Origin: the human T2T-CHM13v2.0 reference genome, Homo sapiens
Direction: 5' to 3' (one strand)
Assembly: GCF_009914755.1 (NCBI RefSeq)
Contig: NC_060928.1
DNA: 64,000 nt
Position 1 is the first letter of the stretch; the number at the start of each line of letters is the position of its first letter. The position numbers and the translations under genes are program-made. Of the stretch, positions 40,689-52,797 are shown one piece after another. The notes beneath the pieces were generated by a model. The model was not told the origin of the DNA, ran no database searches, and was given only the letters and a program-made list of their open reading frames with translations.

Positions 40689-41216
40689 TGTATCTGGAGT
40701 TTGTTCCTGCCGGTTGGTTTGTGGTCTTGCTGACTTCAAGAATGAAGCCGCAGACCTTCACGGTGAGTGTTGCAGCTCTTAAAGGTGGCACGGACCCAAA
40801 GAGTGCGCAGCGGCAAGATTTATTGTGAAGAGCAAAAGAACAAAGCTTCCACAGCGTGGAAGGGGACCTGAGCGGGTTGCTGCTGCTGGCTTGGGTGGCC
40901 AGCTTTTATTCCCTTATTTGTCCCTGCCATGTTCTGTTTCTGTTGTATCAGAGTGCCCTTTTTTCAATCCTCCCCGCGATTGGCTACTTTTAGACTCCTC
41001 CTGATTGGTGCGTTTTACAGAGTGCTGATTGGTGCATTTTACAATCCTCTTGCTACAGAGTACTGATTGGTGTGTTTTTACAGAGCACTGATTGGTGCAT
41101 TTTATAATCCTCTTGCTAGCTACAGAGTGCTGATTGGTGTGTTTTACAATCCTCTTGTAAGAAAAGTTCTCCAAGTCTCCACTCCACCCAGGAAGTCCAG
41201 CTGGCTTCACGTCTCA
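40689..41216 (-). mobile_element. LTR12-family (LTR12F-like, ERV9) solo LTR
   Basis: TG...CA termini, gctgacttcaagaatgaagccgcagacctt, tandem agagtgctgattggtgc units (CCAAT on -) and aagtccagctggcttcac end. Confidence 0.9.
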
Positions 41217-41232
41217 CAAATACACTCTAGGA

Positions 41233-41559
41233 TGGAGTCCCCAATCCCCAGGCTGCCAACTGAGACCAGTCCGTGGCCTGTCCGGAACTGGGCTGGCCAG
41301 CAGGAGGCGAGTGATGGGCTAGTCAGCATTACCGCCTGAGTTCTGCCTCCTTCAGATCAGCTTCAGGCATTAGATTATCATAGGAGCCTGAGCCCTGTTG
41401 TGAACTGTGCATGGGAGAGATCTAGGTTGTGCGTTCCTTATGAGAATCTAATGCTTAAAGATCTGAGGTAGAGCGGTTTCATCCCCAAACCAACCCTGTC
41501 CGTGGAAAAATGGTCTTCCACAAACTGGTCCCTGGTGCCACAACGGTTGGGGACCACTG
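41233..41559 (+). mobile_element. MER1B-like hAT MITE
   Basis: gtccccaatcccc...ccagtccgtggcctg...ccttatgagaatctaatg...ggttggggaccactg. 8-bp TSD ctctagga / ctctagaa. Confidence 0.88.
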
Positions 41560-43589
41560 CTCTAGAATGTTCACACAAGAACAAAATCACCTACTGGCAT
41601 GTTTCTCAGAATGTTTCCTCATCACAAAGTGGTGCATGACTGCAGAAGCAAAAGTGATGGGGAATCCAGAATGCTTCCCAGCTGGGGAGGATGTGGATTC
41701 TGCTAACTGCTGATTCTGCAAACAGGAATGTGATTTTGTGGCTTTTCCTCCAGCTTTGTAAATGAGTTTTCTCTTTAGGAATGGATTTTCTTCATGCTAG
41801 AATCATCATTCTCGTTTTTTATTTCTTTCTGTTCACTTTATTTTTATTGTGATTTTACCTTATTCATATGTCCGAGAGCCCTGCTGGTCAGCAGCTTCTC
41901 CTGGAATGCCTAGCAGCTGTAATAGAACTTCTGATTAATTTCAGATTTTTAAATGATAGTTGCCTCTTCCTCCCATCTACTGTAGGTAAAGGAGGTCCAA
42001 GTTTCAGAAGACCTGTTAAGTGCTAGGCACTCTCATCCATACCTCTTTATCTCCTCCCAACAACCCTGCCAAGGACATATGTATGAGAGAGCCTAGCACC
42101 TCTTCCTGTTTTTACTGAGGGCAGAATAGAGACTAAAGCAAGTAGAAAGCAAAGCTGGGATTCAAACCCATGTCTGTCTGACTCTAAGCCTTTTGCTGCC
42201 CTTCTCTGGTGAAGCAAGATTTGGAATTGTGGAACATATTTTACAGCAGCGCTCAGAATGTAGGTGGTGGCACACATTCTTACATAATTTGTTTTATAAT
42301 TATCTCAATAATGAAGTCAGCTGGGAATTTTCTGAAAAACTACCAGTTATACACTTCAGGTATACATTCATAAGAAAGTGACCTTTTGGGCATAGATAAC
42401 ATTTATCCAGAAGGGTTCTGCAAGCTGGGCTTTTGTTTCACTGATAGATTTGGGGAACTTTAGCTTTCCTAAAAGGTACCCCCTGAATTTCCCTAGACAA
42501 AAACTACTTCTCCTCCATGCCTTCCCATAGTTGACGCCATGGTATTGACGACTTTTATCCTTCATAGTCCTACATTTACATCTGTCCTAGCTCTACTACT
42601 ACATTGTAAAACCTCTTAAGGGTCGGAACTGCAGTGTTCTTCAATGAATTATAAAAATAACTTATTTTAGCTTTCTTAGTGCTTTGAGCAGTGGGTATTT
42701 TTGAATGAACAAATAAATAATTGTATCTAAGAGGATATGTTCTAAAAAGAGAAAAGTGAAATTGTCAAGTGAAAAACAAGTTTATTTTATACCATAAAGG
42801 TTAGTCATAATCCATTTCAAGATGGAGTGGGCTATAGAAATTACCTAATTACAAATCCTCACTAGGTAGATTAGCAAATGCAGGGCTAAATCAATTAAGG
42901 TCTTATAGTTACTTACTTAGTGGTTCTGTGTTGGCACTTTCTTTTCAAAAATGGTTAAAACTAAGCATTATATTATGGGTTTCATGTGCCATCACTACAA
43001 AAATCATATTTGGTCTTGGCATTGCCAGGATCAGTGAAAATATACTTGGAGCTACTTTGCCAGTTCTAATTCTCAATTTCCACCTCTTAAGGTTGCCAGA
43101 GAATCATGGTTTCAGAGTATTTTTTTCCTTCTATTTTAATGTATTGGATTTTTATAACAGCTGAAATAATTATGCTGTCTGGGGCTACCTGGGAACTTAA
43201 TATTCAGTTCATGAGATAAATTTCAGTTTCATGAGATAGCAATGACTATGTTCGACAACTCTGGAACCTGACTTCCTGGGTTCCAATTTCAGCACCTTGA
43301 CTTTACTAGTTGGGAAACCTTGGGCAAGTTACTAAACGGTGCCTCTGTTTTCTCATCTGTAAATTGAGTTTGGGTAACAATGTAACTAATTTATAGAATT
43401 ATTAAGAGAGAGAAATTAGGGCTTTTCTGGAGCATTGGAAGGGATAAATGTTAGCTGTTATTATCATGATGGAATTCCAAATAGCTTGAGCAGCTTTTCA
43501 ATCAGTATTTTCCTTTTATTGGTCAGAAGAATGTTTGGTGAAATTTTCCCCAAGATTTCATAATAAAGACAATGATGGAGGTATAATTT

Positions 43590-44230
43590 TATTGGGATCT
43601 GGAAGATTTGGTTATGTAAACACTGGCCGTAAGGGCCTTTCACATAGAGGAAATAATGTGAGTAAATTCTGATGGGAAGAAACCTGGGTTTGTCCCAAGA
43701 AGAGTGGTCATTTAATTTAACTGCAGTGTAAGGTGCTCCCTGGGGAGAAGTGGGAGATTCAGTAGGAATGGAGACTTGGGGTTAGCCCATGGGGCCCTGA
43801 AATGACAGGCCAAGGAGTTTGGATTGGGGACCTTGAGTACCGAGATCCCCTTGATGGCAAGGTGGAGGGAGGAAGTAGAGAGGGTGAGATCAAGTCAGGG
43901 AGGCCAGTTGGGAGGCTGTTGAATTAGTAGGAATAGAAATGTGGAGGATGTAGTATTGATAAGACTTCAGAGTTGATGGTGGGAGGGGAGCTGGTCTCAA
44001 GCATGGCTAAGTACTGTTAACAGAAATAGGGAACTCTGGAGAAGGGGCGAGTTTGGGATAGAGGAATATGATTTCAGTTTCATGAACATCAAGTTTGAAG
44101 TACAGATGGGACAACCCAAGAGAAGTGTTCCTCTGATAGAAATTCAGAACTGGATGCCAAGCAGAGTTCAATATTAGAGATAAATTCAGAGAGTCATTTC
44201 CAGATGTGTTAGTGTTAACGACATGGAATA
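43590..44230 (-). mobile_element. L2 LINE fragment(s)
   Basis: aggccaaggagtttgga...gggaggccagttgggaggctgtt...ttcagttt...aagtttgaag. Confidence 0.6.
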
Positions 44231-45713
44231 TATGCAGTTCCCTGAAACTGGGCCTGGAGACTCAAAAAAGACCCCTCAATCCTTGGCTTGTGGTAGCTAA
44301 GGGAAGAGCTATAAAATGCTGGACTGGAGGGATGCGCTTCAGCTGCTGTGCTGGAGGCACTGGGTAAGGTGCTCAGAGCTGCCCTGTGCATGTCCTCCAG
44401 TGCCGTTCTCTCCAGTTTTTAAGCCTGTTCATAAACCAGAGAAGGAACTTCTTTTTCCCTTTCCCCCATCTCATACTGATGGGCAGTGACTCTCAGGTTT
44501 CCTTTAATACTGGGCAGAGAATTAGGCTCAAATTATGAAATGTAAAAACTGTATTATAAAATTTACATATTCTATATTACAGTGTTAGAAGACAGACTCT
44601 AAAGATACAACTTTAAATTTCAAAAATGTCAAGACCAAACTGTTTTATAACCCTTCATTTTGTATGTGGTTTTCAATGGGTATAAAAATACTTAGTGGGT
44701 GTGTGGGTGGCTTCTCATATTTTGGAAACGGTGAGAATATGAGATGCTGAGCTTTGGGTTCTGGGATGAGAGCTATAATTACTAACTCTGATTCTTTCCC
44801 AGGATTGGTTCATAGGTGGATATCTGGTATCTAAAAACCCAGCGATCCAGAATCCAGAGCAATAAACCATTCTCCCCTCCCCCTGAAATTAACAGAATTA
44901 TGTGGCGGTGGAGAGAGGGAATGTGGGATGATAGTTCTGCCCTGCGTTGTCTCTTTCATACCATTCACGAACGGTTGAAGTCAGTGATGTAGCAGAAATG
45001 AAGGCTGGTGCCATGGCTTCTCCTAGCCTGATACACAACAGCTACTGCACAGCTAGGTGGAAAGAGTTCTAAAAATAACCCAGGACTCATTTCAAACCCT
45101 CCTCCCCCAAGTCTTGGCGGATGTGGTAAACACCTTAAAAACACCTGCTGTCTGAACCTTTGAGGTATCTAAAGAGGAAGGGGCAGGTACAAGGATTGGG
45201 GCTGGAAGAAGTACAGTATTGTTGGAAGGCTTGCCCAGCTACAAGGACTGCTGCCCACTGGGGCCTGCCCTCGAAGCTGTTTGGTGAGCTGCCTACCATG
45301 CCATCCTGTTCAAGGATAAGTGCCTGCTCTTGAGTCTCATATTCACTGTTGGCAGGTTTCAAGGAAACTATTCATAGACTAGACATCTGTTGTCTGTCCC
45401 ATTGACCTCAAATCTGCAGCTGCCACCATGGTATTCAAGCAGTGTGGTGGCTTTTAGTCTTATTTCACAGAATCAGAATTTTAGAGCTGATATGGACTTT
45501 AGACATTTTATTATTAATAAAACCATTGAAGTCCTTTAAAATCACTGCATTTCTGGAGTCACATTTCTGTGCCTATATAGTGACCACAAGCATTCGAAAT
45601 GGGGTCTTAGTCCTTGCTTGTTAAAAGAAATCACCCTCTTGATTATGTAACATAAAAATAGGATGATGAAAACCAGTCTTTTGAAAACATTGACTAAGTG
45701 ATCCTGTACAAAG

Positions 45714-45745
<32 letters not shown>

Positions 45746-45760
45746 AAAATGGAACTTTGA

Positions 45761-45912
45761 AGCTGGGAGTGGTGGCACATGCCTGTAGTCACAGCTACTT
45801 GGGAGGCTGAAGCTGGCGGAGCCCAGGAGTTTGAAGCTGCAGTGAGCTATGATCACACCACTGCACTCCAGCCTGAGTGACAGTGCAACCCTGTCTCTAA
45901 AAAAAAAAAAAA
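45761..45912 (+). mobile_element. FRAM / AluJ right monomer
   Basis: gctgggagtggtggcacatgcctgtagtc...gagctatgatcacaccactgcactccagcc plus A-tail. Confidence 0.88.
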
Positions 45913-45913
45913 T

Positions 45914-46261
<348 letters not shown>

Positions 46262-46693
46262 TCACCTGGACTCCAGTATTTTGAATATAAAGTTCATTGA
46301 CAACACAGCCAGAACACTAGGAGTCCTGTCTCCAAGGAGAAGACTTTCAGTGTCTAATTTCTGCAATTGCAAACCATAACCATGATATTATAACTGAGGG
46401 ACTGTAGCTGATCTCTGCATCTTGAGAAAAAAAGGTTTCACAGATTATCTCCAACACCCACGGGATGCATTCAAAGTTGTGGGGGCAGCCAGTACCATTT
46501 TATATAACAGCATAAATCACCCAATGATTTTACTTTAGCTTCCAGCCATATCCTATGTGATTTTAAAATGTATGATAACTACCTTACCCTAGTCTACATC
46601 GGTAAACTCTGCAAAACTCCAGCAGTTACAGAGCCTGTGCTAGGAGCTACAGGGTGAAGAGGGGGAAGAAGACTCAAGAAACCTGTAAAACTA

Positions 46694-46750
46694 ATGGAGG
46701 AGAGGAAACCAGCTCATGTGCTGAGAAGTTTTAAATATGCTGCATTTATG
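46694..46750 (+). CDS. SEPTIN11: Septin 11 alternative N-terminal coding exon (MEERKPAHVLRSFKYAAFM)
   Basis: ATG at 46694, 19 open codons, donor ATG|GTAGGT at 46750/46751 in phase 0 with exon 2. Matches the alternative septin-11 N-terminus as I recall it. Confidence 0.82.
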
Positions 46751-47236
46751 GTAGGTAGAGCATTGTCATCATTGTAAGGAGTATGAATCCTCCACTGTGA
46801 GCTTTTCAAAGTTCTTTTATGTATCTGGAAGAGTGTTAAATATTTTTTCACTGTGAGTTGACAGTAAATTGAAAGCTTTTCTTGAATAATGAAAGTGATC
46901 AAAATGACTGGAGGTTTTTGTGTTTTTTTGGTCACTTAATGCATATCTGAAATAGTCACCTCTAGAAGCTCAAATTTCCCTGGACCAGTACACTTGTAAC
47001 AAGGAATGAGATGCTCAGGGAGATGGTCTGCTTTGGGAGACTGTGACTTTTGTGGAAAGAGCTTGGCTTTGGAGTTGTTAGTGCCCTCAGCTGTGTAGAA
47101 GCCAAGGCAGCTGTGGGGGGTCTCCTTTTTCCATGTATGTCAAGGGAAGAAGAAGAAAGAATGTAATGTTTGTGATATGTGATATCCAGGTGGCATGGTT
47201 CATGGACACTCAAATCTTTCTCCCCTGAAATTGCAG

Positions 47237-47351
47237 AATGAAGAGCTTCGAAACTTGTCTTTGTCTGGCCATGTGGGATTTGACAGCCTCCCTGACCAGC
47301 TGGTCAACAAGTCTACTTCTCAAGGATTCTGTTTCAACATCCTTTGTGTTG
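47237..47351 (+). CDS. SEPTIN11: Septin 11 exon 2 ([38 protein letters not shown])
   Basis: Acceptor ttgcag|AAT, donor TTG|GTAAGT, 115 nt. SEPT6-subgroup N-terminal motif [13 protein letters not shown]. Confidence 0.98.
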
Positions 47352-47635
47352 GTAAGTTATTCATCACCCCACAGCAAGAAATTTGATCCTTAGATATTGA
47401 CAGGTAACTGTCGGAGAGACATGCTTCAGTGAAATAAGAATGACATGTTTATTCTCTTTCTTTCATCAGTAAAACAAGGCAAAATATCTGCCTTATACAT
47501 GTCACAAGTTATAAAGATTGAGAGCTGTATTTAGGTAAATGCGTTGTATGTTTTGTCATGTTACTCAAATTACTATTAGTATTTCTGTCACACAGTTAAG
47601 CAACTGATCATTACAATATTGTTAAGATCCCTTAA

Positions 47636-47929
<294 letters not shown>

Positions 47930-49179
47930 TAAATTTCCTGTTAGTTTGAAGGAGAAGTGTGTGTGGAACAGATGGCTGTTCCTCTCTCTCCCCATCACGC
48001 CTGATGAATGGCAGGTGAAACAGCAGTGAAGTGGTTTGGGCTGTGTTGATCTGTTGGCATTGTCCTCTGGGCATTTCCCTCTGAGACATCACTTTGAGAC
48101 AGATCAAAGAATTCTGTATGTAGCCAAGTGGACTGTCTTTTCCCTAAGCTTGGCAGAATGTGTCAGACTTACTTTTCTTGTCCAAGTAAAGCAAAGAGAA
48201 TTTAGAAAAGGTGTGTGTTCAATGTGAGAACCACCATTTGCTTATTTGTCAGTTATGGAAGTTGGGGGGAGTGCAGATATTTTTCTTTTTTAAAAACTTC
48301 TTGAACTTCTTGATGACTCTACTGCATGTAGCCTCTGTGCTGGGCATTCATTAGTAGAAAGCCACAATTGGCAGGCACGCTACACCAACTTGCTCCCTGG
48401 CATTGTATCTTAAGCACTGGATAAGAGAAAGACTGGAGAGAACACAGCCAACTCTCATCTCATGCTTTCCCCTTTTCCCTACGTGAAGCCTTTTAAAATT
48501 CAGCAGGAGACCTCCCGAATGGCAGCTAGTTCTACAGAGTGGCGTGAATGGGTTGTCCTTTCTCTCATGATAAATGCTCATTGCAGAGCAGGGCAATTCT
48601 TCATTAGCATAGCAATTTGTTGGCGATTTGTTGGGTTTCTATTGAAAAGTATGCTAAATTGTAATCGCAGGCCAATTACTATTCTGGCTTCTCTTCAGTG
48701 CCTCCCCAGCCCTGTCTCCAAAATCAGCTCTAAGAACATGTCTGAGAGTTCTGTCCTGGCTCCTGCAGGGGACGGTAGGGGAAAGCCTTCTGGTGGGATC
48801 CTGGTTTAACTGGGTATGTGGTGTGCAGTGGGGTGTGCTGGCTCAGGGGCTGACTCCTTGTGTTAAATAAGACAATTCAGATGCTGAATTCCTCAGAGAC
48901 CAAATTGATGCTGCCCTGTTAGACGTGTAAAGCAGCCCTATTTGGAGTCTCCTGGGTGGGTTACAATACCTGTGATTCTTAGATATTTGTCAGGTTCTAT
49001 TCTTAAACATGTTTAAAATTAGTTTTTCAAACTAATGAACATAATATATATTTGTTGTTTAAAATGTTGTAAAACACTTCCCTTTCATCTCCCACCCCCA
49101 TTTCCATTTCACAGAGATAACACTGTGGGATCCTTCTAGAAACTTTTGACATCTTTCTGTATTAGGAAATTGCTTTTGG

Positions 49180-49345
49180 TGGCTTACAGTTCTGTAGGTA
49201 GGAGTCCAGTATGGGTCCGCAGGGCTGCATTCCTTCCTGGAACCTTTAGGGAGAGTGCGCGCCTTTTCCAGCTTCTGGAAGCTGCCTGCATTCCTTGGCT
49301 CTTGGCTCCTTCCATCCATTCTCAAAGCCAGTCACGTTGCATCGC
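49180..49345 (-). mobile_element. MLT1C/D-like fragment
   Basis: gccttttccagcttctggaagctgcctgcattccttggctcttggc. Confidence 0.7.
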
Positions 49346-52161
49346 TCTTTTAGTATTCTTGTGTCAGGAAATTTTCCACAGAGAATTGCAGAAATACAGC
49401 TTAAACCCAGTTAAGACTCTCCCCCACCCTCCAACACACACTGAAAAGCTAATATCATGAATTGGGTAATTAAGAGCAGCTGGCTGCAGGGGTTCAACGA
49501 GCCCCATCAGGCCTCTGTCTGTGGTTCTTGATCCTGCTTCTGCTTGCTTCACATTCAGGCATTTTCCTCATGACAGCAGTCTGCCTCTGTCAGCATCACC
49601 AGCCGAGCAACCTCAGGGGAAGGAACAAGGCATTCCTGACACGTCTCACCAAACAGTCAGGATTTCACTGATTGGCCAGGACTTAGTTACACGCTCAGCC
49701 TGGGGGGAAGATGGAGTCAGTTCACTCCAAAACATACAAGGTTCCCCATAGGCAAGAAGACAGGATCAGAAAGGAGATAGGGCTTGGGAGAGAGACACAC
49801 TGGACAGATAAAAACAGCTTTCTCACAGTTACATAGGTGCTTTCTTGTTTTGCTTTTACACAAATGAGATCATGTTGTTCATCCTGTGCATTTTCCTTTT
49901 TTCGCTCCACAAGGAATCCTGGATATCCTTCGTTGTCAGCATATCTAACTCTCCAGGTCGTTTTCCATAACCCTTTGGAGCCCCTTGTTTGGGGCCAGCG
50001 TGAGCTCTTTGGGAGATAGGAGTGTCAGCATTAAATATCATCCTCAGAGAGTTGAATATCAAATCCCGTTGCCATACATATTTTATAGCATAATATCTTT
50101 ATAAGAAAAAACTTACTGTCAATCAATGGTCCATCTATTTTTAAAATAAGAGTCTATAAAAAGTAGATCAAAATATTTGGACGGCCTCGTAGAGGAGGAG
50201 GTGTTATATTTAACTTAACAGCATCCGTGGTAACTTTTCCTCCTTACTTACTCCCTTCCTCTTACTGCCCATTTGTATTTTTTTGCACAGTATGCACATG
50301 TGTGATATTTATAGCGTGAATTTACATTTTTGTGGTAAATATGGGAGGGAATTAAGGATAAAAAAAATAAAATTATGATCCCGGTAAGGAAAATTTTTAC
50401 CAAAAATGTCTCAGAATTGTAATTTTGTTTTGTGGCGTGAACCTGTAGGTTGAAAGAAAGCAGAGGAAATAAAACAGGGCAGAAAATGGTCCTGGCATGA
50501 ACTAAGTCTAGTTTCAGAGATAATGAATTAAATGTATGCTGCTAGAACCCATCTCTGTTGGTCCTGGGAAGGCATGTAATAGAGGAAGAATAGTTTTCAT
50601 TTCACTGGGAAGAGAATTCTGATGTTAAATGAGATAACAGAACACCCAGGAGTTCATCATTCCCCTTCTCTCTGTTTTGCTACAACACACCTAAATCACT
50701 CCTGAAGCCACATTTTAGTTTAAATAAAGCCTTTCATATTTTACCCATGCTGTAATTCTCCAGAGAATCTAAATTAGATCTAAATTAGCATTTAGCCTTT
50801 TTTCATAATTTTAAATTTGTATGTCTTTCTCATCCATTTTCCAAAATGATACTAACTCTACGAAAAAACCTCATCCACATTGATCCAGCTGTCTTGTAAA
50901 CATACAAAGGTGAAAATAAGATACTGTAACATCTCTGCTTTTGAAGAAGAACCAGTTTGATAGTAGAGTCAAAGTAAATTAGTAATACATTTTGAAATAG
51001 AAAATTTGTCCACAATTCAACCTTAATTGTTTTGAGGGGATGAGAGAACAGGAATTGAAAACAGGTAAGTGTAAGGCCATCTTAGCCAAGGCTATAGTGT
51101 CAACATAAATTGTGGAAATTTATAATCAAATCTTAAACATTTTTATCCCGTCTTGTTTTTCCAGGAAAGGATGTAAATGGCTTATAGGGTAAAACGAATG
51201 AAGATAAAATTAACCCCAGAAAATAAAGGTGAAGCCAGGGATAGAGTCAGTACTCAAAGTGTGCCATCAGGCCTGCCTATAGCAATTAATTGATGAAGTA
51301 TTACATTTTTCTCTCAGCTTAGTGGTCAGAGCATGGAGAAAATTTATTAATTCACTCATTCATTAGCAGATATTTAGTGAGCATGTGTTATATGCTAAAC
51401 ACAAGCAAAAAGTTTAACATACGACAGATTTATAGTATCTATAAAGTAAAAACAAAATGATTGCTCCAGATGAAACACAGCTTTACCTGGAAAAATTTCT
51501 CCATGGATTTTCAGAAAAGAGATTTGGTGTATGTAGTGGTCTGGGTTCCTGGGCATCCTCTAAGTCAGTGCAATTGTTTAATGAAATGCCAGGTGCCACA
51601 CGCTGGCTTATCTTATGCCGGAGTATGTTTCATCAAAGGTGATTCTATGAGGAACAAGAACAACGCAACTTAGGTATGTAGCTTTCTGACTCTCTGATTC
51701 CATCCAAGAGTAAAATCTAGAATAATTAGGGAAGGCAGGCAGATCCCCATGCACAGTTACTTACTCAAGTAGCCAGTCTTGGCAATTAGAGTGAAAGATG
51801 CTGAATCACAGATCAACAATTTGTTCAATCTACCGTTACCTTCTAATTAATAATACAATCCCTCTGTTTTTCCCCCGCCTTGTTCACCTTAGAGCTCGTA
51901 GGTTAAATAAGCCTGAGGATAGAATGGAAAAGGTAGGACTGCTTTCCCCTGTGATGTGGGCATCATGTTTACTAGCATTGGCAGGAATAGGAAAAACAGA
52001 AGTCCCAGATAGCACTTTAATAAGGTCTCTAATTACTGTAGCAATAGAGTGTTTAGGCAGATGAATTTATGATAAAATAAACAACAAACTCTGAAAAAAA
52101 TCTATCACAGTGGCATATCTCTGTATAAATCATCACCATGATCATTTTTGTTTTCAATTAA

Positions 52162-52473
<312 letters not shown>

Positions 52474-52692
52474 TAATAAATGTCTCCTTTGTGCCAGGCA
52501 TTCTGCTAGGGAGTTTTGAAACACTTTAGTCATTGACTTTTCTGAAAATATTGTTATGGTTGTTTGGTTTGAATTGGAACCTATGCCTAGTAGGCTTTTA
52601 GTTATTCAGTTAGAAAGAAATTTTTGTCTTATGGGTCCTCAAAAATATAGATGAGATTCCGCTTACAAAGATTAGAGAGAAGCCTCAAAAAC

Positions 52693-52797
52693 TAATCCCA
52701 GTGCTTCAGGAGGCCAAGGCAGGAGAATTGCTTGAGCCCAGGAGTCTGAGACTAGCATGGGGAACACAGTGAGACCCTGTCTGTTAAAGAAAAAAAG
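52693..52797 (+). mobile_element. FLAM-like fragment
   Basis: taatcccagtgcttcaggaggccaaggcaggagaattgcttgagcccaggagt...gagaccctgtct plus A-rich tail. Confidence 0.8.

Larger units (their letters stand above)
40438..41642. mobile_element. Tigger3a (Golem) MITE interrupted by two insertions
   Basis: TA|cagtcatg...aggagcaataggcta...ctaggtttgtgtaag [LTR] tacactcta [MER1B] atgttcacacaag...tttctcagaa...catgactg, with terminal inverted repeat cagtcatg/catgactg. Confidence 0.85.

Noticed and set aside
40979-41160. Spaced direct repeats superficially like a CRISPR array
   Set aside because: These are the internal CCAAT tandem units of the LTR12 element in a eukaryotic genome.
47352-47409. Alternative donor CAG|GTAACT 52 nt into intron 2
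   Set aside because: It competes with a consensus GTAAGT donor and would include an in-frame stop. There is no evidence of use from sequence alone.
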